A DNA stretch of 15,947 bases from a virus, in IMG/VR virus record IMGVR_UViG_3300045988_112536, positions 1 to 15,947 of that record. One strand, given 5' to 3'. Shown here piece after piece: positions 1-6,771 of the stretch. Below the pieces are notes generated by a model. The model was not told where the DNA came from. It searched no databases and saw only the letters and a list, made by a program, of their open reading frames with translations. Positions within the stretch are counted from its first letter, which is position 1, and every line of letters begins with the position of its first letter. A program made the translations under genes and the position numbers.

Positions 1-291
1 AAAGTTACATAGTCCGTGTAGCGCGGACACTGTTTTCCCCAAAAAGACAAACATACGTTCGATAAATCAGATGTTAAATTCGCTACCTAAAAGTTGATCT
101 ATTCCAATTTGTCAATAACAAAAATGCACAAAGATCGACTAAATCTTTGTGCATAATGCATATTGATTTTTAAGTTTTCAGACAATTCAACGAGTTTTCA
201 AAGTTGTTCACACAACACGAAAAAACAGTGTCCGCGGTAGACGGACACCATTAGTCCGTCTAGCACGAACACTTGTTCGATGTGGATAACT
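1..291. repeat. Left inverted terminal repeat (ITR) of a linear protein-primed genome
   Basis: I reverse-complemented 15657-15947 block by block and it matches 1-291 exactly. The match breaks at 292 versus 15656. The terminus begins AAAGT, like the phi29 terminus AAAGTA as I recall it. Confidence 0.95.
115..154 (-). terminator. Rho-independent terminator of the leftward operon, located inside the left ITR
   Basis: 12-bp perfect stem ATGCACAAAGAT (124-135) / ATCTTTGTGCAT (143-154) with a 7-nt loop. On the minus-sense transcript the hairpin is followed directly by UUUUUGUUAUUG. It lies about 137 nt downstream of the last minus-strand stop codon (291-293). Confidence 0.8.
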
Positions 292-920
292 TATTCCGAT
301 AACATGCAAATTGTAGTACCGCAAAAAACGCATCCAGTAGGTTCTTGCGTTTGGTAGTACAGATATTTATTATTGTTTATAATTTGTATATCATTGCTAC
401 GAGTAGCTAAAATGTTATCGTTTTTGTGTATTAAAGATTGCCATATAGTAAAATTGCTTACCTTGTAGCCGCTCTGTATTACTTTTGTCAGATCTAGTTG
501 TGCAGTGTAAGAAATAAAATTGCTTGGAGCATTTCCGGTAAATATAACTCTATGAAACATAATAATAATATCATTTATCTTTAGCGTTGTTATATAAACT
601 TCTACATTTACCGGAGAACCGCTTAACGTGGTAAAATCATTTTTACCAAAATGCAAAAATTTGATACTTGGCGTTATTTTATAGATTTCTGATTCCAACG
701 ACTGGTCAGCGTTTTCTCTGTTTTTGGTTTCATCATCAATTTTTTTGTTTAGTTTTGTATCTTCGTTTAACCTTACTTTTGCTTCGTCGTATAGCGCTTC
801 GTCGATTTTTACAGTTCTTGCAAGATCGGGGTCTTCCGTGGTACTCTTGGACACCGGAAACTTATAGTGTTCTGTTTCGTAAATTAAATTTTCGTCTGGG
901 TGGTAATCTTTTTTATACAT
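291..920 (-). CDS. Hypothetical virion protein, possibly a distal fibre or receptor-binding protein (209 aa)
   Basis: ATG at 920 is preceded by GGGAGGAG. It is the last gene of the structural operon, directly after the fibre gene. The N-terminal third is charged and helical-looking, and the C-terminal half looks beta-rich. I recognise no family by eye. The stop codon abuts the ITR boundary. Confidence 0.6.
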   Translation of the reverse strand: MYKKDYHPDENLIYETEHYKFPVSKSTTEDPDLARTVKIDEALYDEAKVRLNEDTKLNKKIDDETKNRENADQSLESEIYKITPSIKFLHFGKNDFTTLSGSPVNVEVYITTLKINDIIIMFHRVIFTGNAPSNFISYTAQLDLTKVIQSGYKVSNFTIWQSLIHKNDNILATRSNDIQIINNNKYLYYQTQEPTGCVFCGTTICMLSE

Positions 921-933
921 GTTATACTCCTCC

Positions 934-1758
934 CTATTGACTTAATACGCCAAACTCTCCAAGTGCATACACTTGTAAGTTTGGGTTTCTTCTTTGCGCG
1001 CTTGCGTTGTAAGCCACGACCGTCCAATTATCTACATTAACAATGATTCCCTCACAGTCAATGCTTGCGTTTGCAAGAAAATACAATCCAGCTTTCTGCA
1101 TACTTTCCGGTAGTAAAATTCTTGTACTTGCTCCCGCCTCTAACGTTACAACTTGTTCCCAGATACCGCCATAAGTTACAACATGTTCCAAAATTCCTAC
1201 CGTTACAAAATCTTTGATTTTTTCATTTACTTCATTTTCAAAGTTTGTTATAATATTGTTAATTTCGTTTTTGTACGAGTTGAACTGATTTGTAATATCC
1301 GTCTGAAATTGGTTGTTATTTTGAACCATATTGTTAAAAGTTTCTGTCCACTGTGCAAAAGTAGACACCCACTGTGCCCAAGTAGCCGACCATTGCGACC
1401 ATGTGGTTTTCATGGTATTCCATTCTGTTACAATGTTATTCCACTGATCGACAATACTATTCCATTCTGTTACAATGTTATTCCACTGATCGACAATACT
1501 ATTCCATTCGTTAATAATTTGATTTAAAAGATTTGTAGCATCTTCTATAAATTTTTTTTGTGCATCAGTAAGATCGTTTACTTGTTTAATAAGCTGATTA
1601 AGAATAGCACTTGTGCGGCACAATACCTCATAATATGATAGTGCATCATCGTAAACAAGTGGTTGAGTTTTTTGTAACCAAAACGCAAAGTCTGGAAAAT
1701 GTACGTTATACAGTCCAGAATTTACGTTAGGGTCAAATGGGTTAATTTTGTTCGCCAT
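934..1758 (-). CDS. Tail fibre / appendage protein with Trp-rich heptad coiled-coil shaft (274 aa from ATG 1758)
   Basis: ATG at 1758 is preceded by GAGAGGAG; the ORF-track start at 1785 is upstream of the SD. It occupies the position of phi29 gp12 after the lower collar. The N-terminus has a YDDALSYYEVL-type motif seen in fibre N-termini. About 9 heptads of xWNxIVx / xWxQWxx follow, then an N/Q-rich coiled coil and a beta-rich C-terminus. Confidence 0.7.
   Translation of the reverse strand: MANKINPFDPNVNSGLYNVHFPDFAFWLQKTQPLVYDDALSYYEVLCRTSAILNQLIKQVNDLTDAQKKFIEDATNLLNQIINEWNSIVDQWNNIVTEWNSIVDQWNNIVTEWNTMKTTWSQWSATWAQWVSTFAQWTETFNNMVQNNNQFQTDITNQFNSYKNEINNIITNFENEVNEKIKDFVTVGILEHVVTYGGIWEQVVTLEAGASTRILLPESMQKAGLYFLANASIDCEGIIVNVDNWTVVAYNASAQRRNPNLQVYALGEFGVLSQ
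1417..1500. repeat. Perfect 42-bp tandem duplication (2 copies plus 9 nt of a third) inside the fibre gene
   Basis: ATTCCATTCTGTTACAATGTTATTCCACTGATCGACAATACT occurs at 1417-1458 and again identically at 1459-1500, and ATTCCATTC continues at 1501-1509. It encodes the duplicated WNSIVDQWNNIVTE. Confidence 0.95.
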
Positions 1759-1772
1759 TTTTATTCTCCTCT

Positions 1773-2552
1773 CTATCTCATCCAATCAATAGATAAGCCT
1801 AAGTTTCCGCGGTTTCCGTATGCCGCCATATTAAAATCATTGCCATGCTCGGAAAAATCATCAAAAATTGACATAAACAATTCCTCACAATCTGCAATAA
1901 TCGCATTATTAACGTTTACAATGTGCTCGCGGTACATAATAAGTTCGTTCATTTTACTGCCACGCCATCCTTTTTCTGTCCGATGGCTAGTGTCTACAAC
2001 TGATGTATTACTCTTACCTGTGTTTTTCTCATTAACTGTGCGGCTGTCCTCTCCTGTGCTTTGACCTCTAGTCATGCCGGACGCATAGTCCGCACCGGAA
2101 AAATTAACTTGTGGGTTATCACTGTTAATTCTTTGGTCGTTAGCACTACTACTGTTAGTATCGTTCATAGTTCGATCTGCTTGTGATGTATTGCTTCCAT
2201 CGCTCGTGTCTGTGTCGTCAAACGTAATATTTGTATTTTCTAAAATTTGCGCCACGCTTAAATTACTGTCATACATTGCTTTGTATCTAGGCATGTTGCG
2301 CCGTAATGTATCATTAAGTTTAAGCTTAAAAAGACCAATCGTTTCAAAACCAATCTCACACATGTAAAAGTGTATGATAAACATACGTTCAAATTCTGTC
2401 CGGCTTGATTCATCCCCATTGTACCACGGGAAAGTAAAATCAAAAAGCTTCGGTATACCCTTTTCAATTTTGTCATATGTATTCGCGTTTATCTCTTTCC
2501 AATCCGTAAAGCTTTCGATATAGTCTCTAAGTCTGGTCGTATATGTCGCCAT
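1773..2552 (-). CDS. Lower collar protein (phi29 gp11-like), about 259 aa from ATG 2552
   Basis: It sits immediately after the connector gene, as in phi29. ATG 2552 is preceded by GGGGGTGG and overlaps the connector 3' end by 26 nt. The N-terminal pattern FDFTFPWY...FERMFIIHFYMCEIGFETIGLF is typical of podovirus lower collar proteins, from memory. An S/T/N/D-rich central segment follows. Confidence 0.7.
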   Translation of the reverse strand: MATYTTRLRDYIESFTDWKEINANTYDKIEKGIPKLFDFTFPWYNGDESSRTEFERMFIIHFYMCEIGFETIGLFKLKLNDTLRRNMPRYKAMYDSNLSVAQILENTNITFDDTDTSDGSNTSQADRTMNDTNSSSANDQRINSDNPQVNFSGADYASGMTRGQSTGEDSRTVNEKNTGKSNTSVVDTSHRTEKGWRGSKMNELIMYREHIVNVNNAIIADCEELFMSIFDDFSEHGNDFNMAAYGNRGNLGLSIDWMR

Positions 2553-3417
2553 TTTCGCCACCCCCATTTGCAAGGTTTTCTTTTCGCTCTACACCTAAGC
2601 CGTTACCAATGTATTGTACATCAACCTCAAGTCCAAACAAACGGTTAATCTGTTCACAAGCACGTTTTCGCACACCTAAAAAAGATTGTCGGTTAATTAA
2701 CGTGAGGTCAGCATCTTGTTCGACTTCGCTCGTAATTAAACGTTCTTTTTTTGTACCGTCAATATTACTAATACCGAACTGGACGCAAAAGTCCGCAATT
2801 TCTTGCCGCATTGCTGTTGTTATGTCGCCGAAAACGTTCGGTGGGTTTAGGTTAAGTACTTTAATATTGTCAACGTTGCTTACACCGTCTCTGACAGAAA
2901 TAAAAGGCACAAAGTCATTATACTGTTTAAAAAGGTTTTTTGTGCTTAATCTCTGGTTATCACTGCCTGCAATAATAACAGGTGTTCTTTGCGCGTAAAT
3001 GTTTAAATTTCTTGTCATCCTCATGTTAGCCAAACTCTCCGCGTACATCTGCACATAATCTACGCTTGGGTATCCTACGCTACTATCCCAGATAATAACG
3101 CTATTATTTTTTCCTAAGCTTTTAAAATACTGTTGTGCGTAAGCAAATCGCATGTTCGGCACTCCGTAGATGTCCACAGTGCCGCCAAGGTTGGTTTTCA
3201 TAGCGGCATATTTTTCTAATACATCATCTTTAAAAAAGACAGCCTGTCCCCACCAAAAAAGATAATCTTCTAACACTCGCGGTGGAATTTCTTCCGGCAG
3301 TCCTAACCACTCAAAGCGGTTCACAATCATTTCGTGTAGCATATTAAAATATCGTATATAATAATTGCGATACTGCGGCACGCTGAAATATTCTGCGTCT
3401 TTTGATTGATTTTTCAT
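2527..3417 (-). CDS. Head-tail connector / portal (upper collar, phi29 gp10-like), 296 aa
   Basis: ATG 3417 is preceded by AAGAGGTGG. Remembered phi29 gp10 motifs are present: FEW.GLP, YAQRTPVIIAGSDNQRLS (phi29 NAQKTPVLIRANDNNQLS), TKKERLITSEVE (phi29 KKERMVTDEV) and RKRACEQINRLFGLEV (phi29 REEACEKINELYGLNV). Confidence 0.9.
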   Translation of the reverse strand: MKNQSKDAEYFSVPQYRNYYIRYFNMLHEMIVNRFEWLGLPEEIPPRVLEDYLFWWGQAVFFKDDVLEKYAAMKTNLGGTVDIYGVPNMRFAYAQQYFKSLGKNNSVIIWDSSVGYPSVDYVQMYAESLANMRMTRNLNIYAQRTPVIIAGSDNQRLSTKNLFKQYNDFVPFISVRDGVSNVDNIKVLNLNPPNVFGDITTAMRQEIADFCVQFGISNIDGTKKERLITSEVEQDADLTLINRQSFLGVRKRACEQINRLFGLEVDVQYIGNGLGVERKENLANGGGENGDIYDQT

Positions 3418-3435
3418 TTTCCACCTCTTTTTCCA

Positions 3436-5121
3436 CTAATTATTTGCAAGTCCATAATTACCAATGTCATTAGTGTGCCATATTGTTACGCCACGATCAA
3501 AAATCGAGCGTAAAATGACAAGGTAATCAAGATCTATGTTACCGCTGATTGTGCAATTACGCGTTTTTACAAAATCCCACGCGCTCCGGTTATTGATTGA
3601 TGGTGTACCAATTTCGCCAATCTTATAGCCAAACATTGTAAAATAATCATCAATCTTGCGTGCATACTCTGCACGAATCTGCATCGGGTAATAGCTGATG
3701 TGATCGTTACCGATAATTTTACTAGCATTGCCACTAGAAGTAGTTACGTTTCCGCTCGGTTGTAAATAATGATTAACTACGGCTTTAATACCGTCTCCGA
3801 TAACTTCCGACCAATCAGTGCTACTAAGTGTCGCAAGTGGGCTAGACTTAAAAGCATTACTCGCGGCTTGCCTTCCTGTTGCTATGGCGCTTCCCGCTCC
3901 ACTTGCCGCCGCACCTAAAAATCCAAAACCCGCACCAGATAATGTCTTTCCAACTCCACTAAAAACTCCGGCGGCTGTGTCAACTCCTTGTGATACTATA
4001 CCCCCAGCACTCATTAAAGCACTAGCCCCCGCTGTACTTGTCATCTGTGCAACATATGCTTTGTATGCGTCAGTCATAATTGCACATTTCGGATAATCCG
4101 AAAAAGTAAGCATATCAGTATAATCCTGTGCAAAACCTTTATACTGGATTGGATAAGATACTAATAACGGGTTAGGTGTCATGGCTACTGTGTAGGTAAA
4201 ACTGCAACCATCACTGGAAAAGTATTCATATTTGTATTCAATTCCCGTACCATTATTGTTATTTCCGTATAAAAAATTATACGGATAACAAAATAACTTT
4301 TTGTTTTTTGGAACATAACCATCAATATTATCGTATTTTTTAGGCAAAATTAATTGCTTAAATTGCGTTTCCTCTGCAATAAAGCTTGTAGGCATCATAA
4401 ACGCGTTTAAAATTCCGTCGATCGTACCGTTTGCGTTAGCGGCAATTAAAAATTCGTTTACGCCCTCACCATTATCAAAAACGTTAAAAGTGATAGCAGT
4501 ATACACACCATCTCTAAATTCTCCGCCGTTAAAATTTCCGCTCTCGTCAAACGCACTCGGAATAACAACACTCATAATGTTTCGGTCACTTAGTTCCGGC
4601 GCATCATAATTCTGTTCCGTTTCTTGCTTAACGATATACTCTCCTGTCTCTAATCCCTCAGGAAAAGTATACTTGCCTATAACATCATCAGACTTTTTTA
4701 CAATTTGACGCTCGATATAGCACTTATTTAATACTATATCAAACTGGCAATTTGTCCAAACGTCCATAATAAAATGCACACGGCAAGAATTAACAGACAA
4801 TGGTTCTACGTTTGTAATAAAACCATACATCCAATTATCCATATATCCTACATTTTTAAAAGCAATATAGTTTGCGCTGTCAGCGTATAATTCGCTTACG
4901 GGTGCGGCAAAGTCTGCATAACCACGCTTGACTGGTGCGGCGTTGTCAGTAGCATAGATCGCTTTGCTATCAACATATGTAAAAAGTTCTTCTCGGCTAT
5001 TGAAAAGCCTTACATGGTTATACGACGAATCCCAAGGAATCCCGCGGCAGATTCTTACTTGCGCAACAGGTGCTATCCCGTCTACGTTTTTTTGTGTTGG
5101 CATAGGTATCATGCTATCCAT
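3436..5121 (-). CDS. Tail knob / distal tube protein (phi29 gp9-like), 561 aa from ATG 5121
   Basis: ATG 5121 is preceded by GAGGGA; the ORF-track start at 5160 lies inside an upstream hairpin. The C-terminus FGYKIGEIG...FVKTRNCTISGNID...IFDRGVTIWHTNDIGNY parallels phi29 gp9 YGYKINRVK...YVQTKDCFISGDIN...IFDNGITLWHTDNIGNY. An internal Gly/Ala-rich hydrophobic segment matches the phi29 gp9 pore-forming loop. Confidence 0.9.
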   Translation of the reverse strand: MDSMIPMPTQKNVDGIAPVAQVRICRGIPWDSSYNHVRLFNSREELFTYVDSKAIYATDNAAPVKRGYADFAAPVSELYADSANYIAFKNVGYMDNWMYGFITNVEPLSVNSCRVHFIMDVWTNCQFDIVLNKCYIERQIVKKSDDVIGKYTFPEGLETGEYIVKQETEQNYDAPELSDRNIMSVVIPSAFDESGNFNGGEFRDGVYTAITFNVFDNGEGVNEFLIAANANGTIDGILNAFMMPTSFIAEETQFKQLILPKKYDNIDGYVPKNKKLFCYPYNFLYGNNNNGTGIEYKYEYFSSDGCSFTYTVAMTPNPLLVSYPIQYKGFAQDYTDMLTFSDYPKCAIMTDAYKAYVAQMTSTAGASALMSAGGIVSQGVDTAAGVFSGVGKTLSGAGFGFLGAAASGAGSAIATGRQAASNAFKSSPLATLSSTDWSEVIGDGIKAVVNHYLQPSGNVTTSSGNASKIIGNDHISYYPMQIRAEYARKIDDYFTMFGYKIGEIGTPSINNRSAWDFVKTRNCTISGNIDLDYLVILRSIFDRGVTIWHTNDIGNYGLANN

Positions 5122-5136
5122 GTTTCCCTCATTTCT

Positions 5137-5157
5137 AGGGGAGCATTGCACTCCCCT
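5137..5157 (-). other. GC-rich stem-loop between capsid and tail-knob genes
   Basis: AGGGGAG (5137-5143) pairs with CTCCCCT (5151-5157) around a 7-nt loop. It lies between the palindrome copy at 5166-5185 and the tail-knob SD. No U-tract follows it. Confidence 0.4.
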
Positions 5158-5165
5158 CAAAAATC

Positions 5166-5185
5166 AATGTTTCACGCGAAACATT
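5166..5185. repeat. Palindrome copy 1 (AATGTTTCACGCGAAACATT; one central substitution relative to the other copies)
   Basis: It lies directly 3' of the major capsid stop codon (5186-5188). In the minus-sense transcript it is followed by UGAUUUUUG. Confidence 0.9.
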
Positions 5186-6463
5186 TTACTGGTTGACTGT
5201 GACAGTACCTGTTCCGCTGATCGTGCTATCATATCTTGACGTTGCTTTGACCGTAAGTGTTGCAGCTTTCTCATCATTTGCAATATGCAAGATATTCGAC
5301 CCCGGAATAAAACCTGTATACTGGCTTGTCGCGCCCTCTACGTCAAAATCGAGCATTTGCGGCGTGTACTGGCTGTCTCCGGTCACTAACGCTGTAATCT
5401 CCACATCAGTTCCCGCATTTCCGGCGGTATCTGTAACGCTTACGGTTGTAAGACCGACCGTATCTGTCGTAAAAACAATGCACGGGAAAAAAGGAGAGTA
5501 GGAAAACATTTCACTCATAGTGTAAAAGTAGTTCCATGTCAGCGCCGCGCCGTTTCTCGAATCGGTCAGTGTCCGGAAATTCTCACGTACATTAAAAAAT
5601 CTCATATCAAACAGCGCAAGCTTGATATTGGGGTCGTCAAACTTGTCAATGATAATTTTGCGGACATTGATGTCAACTTTATCCATATTAAAGGCTGTTG
5701 CAAGCACTTCAACATCTAACTCCGCGTCAATTTCCGGCGTTGTGATATAAAAGATTGTCTGATCGTTTGCGCAACTGTCTGCTCCGGCAATGTTGTACTC
5801 GGGATGGGGAAATTTCATCTGACCGATGTAAGCCTTTACAAGCTTTGTCAGCTTCTTCGCGTTTTCTGCGCTCGCTGTAGGGTCTGCAACATTGACCGCA
5901 TAGAGCTGATCTGCCGCGCTCGCGCTCTCAATCAGACGTTTCATACACAGATATTCATCCCAATTTGCCGCCGCAAAAAGACTCTGTACTTTTGCATTTA
6001 TTAAATCGCGCACGCCATATTCCGACTGGAACGCTGTACGCAAGTTGTCAAAAGTGACTGTAACCGCGTACTGGATAGCGGGTGTGATCTTGTGATACGC
6101 CGCCATGACACTTGACTGATAGTAGGCATACAGTTCTGCAACGGTTGCGAACTGATTAAACTGCTTACCTTTTGCCATGTTGATAAAAATTTCTTCCTCC
6201 GTGCCGCCGTAACGCATCGGATCTCTCTTAAGTACTCCAAGGGGATTTTCAAAAAAGACTGTCTCGATTCTCTGCTCCATAATCTGTTCTACTAATGCAT
6301 TAGCGAACGCATTTCGCAACGGAACGATGTTCAGCAAACTTTCGTAGATACTCGAGATATTCTCTGCTGTTGCTTCCGGTATTCTGTTCTGATACTCCAA
6401 ACTCTGCATAGATCTTATTGCGTTTAAAATGGCTACGTTCGTAGCCGGAACTTTGTTACCCAT
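5186..6463 (-). CDS. Major capsid protein (phi29 gp8-like) with C-terminal Ig-like (BIG2-type) domain, 425 aa from ATG 6463
   Basis: ATG 6463 is preceded by GAGAGGAG just after the scaffold stop codon. DAELDVEVLATAFNMDK matches phi29 gp8 EAELDVDVLAKAFNMNR. The C-terminal ~90 aa are beta-rich (VTDTAGNAGTDVEITALVTGDS...TLTVKATS...GTGTVTV), like the gp8 Ig-like domain. Confidence 0.9.
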   Translation of the reverse strand: MGNKVPATNVAILNAIRSMQSLEYQNRIPEATAENISSIYESLLNIVPLRNAFANALVEQIMEQRIETVFFENPLGVLKRDPMRYGGTEEEIFINMAKGKQFNQFATVAELYAYYQSSVMAAYHKITPAIQYAVTVTFDNLRTAFQSEYGVRDLINAKVQSLFAAANWDEYLCMKRLIESASAADQLYAVNVADPTASAENAKKLTKLVKAYIGQMKFPHPEYNIAGADSCANDQTIFYITTPEIDAELDVEVLATAFNMDKVDINVRKIIIDKFDDPNIKLALFDMRFFNVRENFRTLTDSRNGAALTWNYFYTMSEMFSYSPFFPCIVFTTDTVGLTTVSVTDTAGNAGTDVEITALVTGDSQYTPQMLDFDVEGATSQYTGFIPGSNILHIANDEKAATLTVKATSRYDSTISGTGTVTVNQ

Positions 6464-6476
6464 TTTTTCTCCTCTC

Positions 6477-6767
6477 TTACTCTGTACTGCCGTCAAAGTC
6501 AAGCATTTCCGGCGTTACATCTTCTACCACGCCAACATCTGCTTTTGGCTCTTCGATGTCTGCTTTCGGTGTTTCCTGTCCCGCCAACATTTCGCCAAAT
6601 CGCGCAATGTACTTTTCGCGCAAGCCCTCATAGCGTTCTTTGTAGCCGTCGTCTGTTACATTTGCGCCGCTTCTGATAGATTCTGTAATCACATTGATTT
6701 CTTCGTCCAATTCTTCCGGCGCTTCGATCTTTCCCAAGATCGCTTTTAAAGCTTCGTCTGCTGTCAT
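6477..6767 (-). CDS. Scaffolding protein (phi29 gp7-like), 96 aa
   Basis: It is small, very acidic, predicted helical and sits immediately upstream of the major capsid gene. Size is similar to phi29 gp7. ATG 6767 is preceded by AGGTAGG. Confidence 0.7.
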   Translation of the reverse strand: MTADEALKAILGKIEAPEELDEEINVITESIRSGANVTDDGYKERYEGLREKYIARFGEMLAGQETPKADIEEPKADVGVVEDVTPEMLDFDGSTE

Positions 6768-6771
6768 TCTT

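Noticed and set aside
2258-2476. Nested minus-strand ORFs in alternative frames (2258-2476, 6001-6252, 14935-15132)
   Set aside because: They lie entirely inside the lower collar, capsid and amidase genes. They have no SD and implausible composition.
3818-4096. Pro/Ala-rich plus-strand ORF (92 aa)
   Set aside because: It is the mirror image of the Gly/Ala-rich loop of the tail knob (GCN/GGN codons read antisense). It has no SD.
5122-5160. N-terminal extensions suggested by the ORF track (5160, 6502, 1785, 2573, 9440, 10199, 14605, 7923)
   Set aside because: These start codons are non-ATG or lack an SD. In each case an internal ATG with a GGAGG-like SD at proper spacing gives a tidier junction with the upstream gene.
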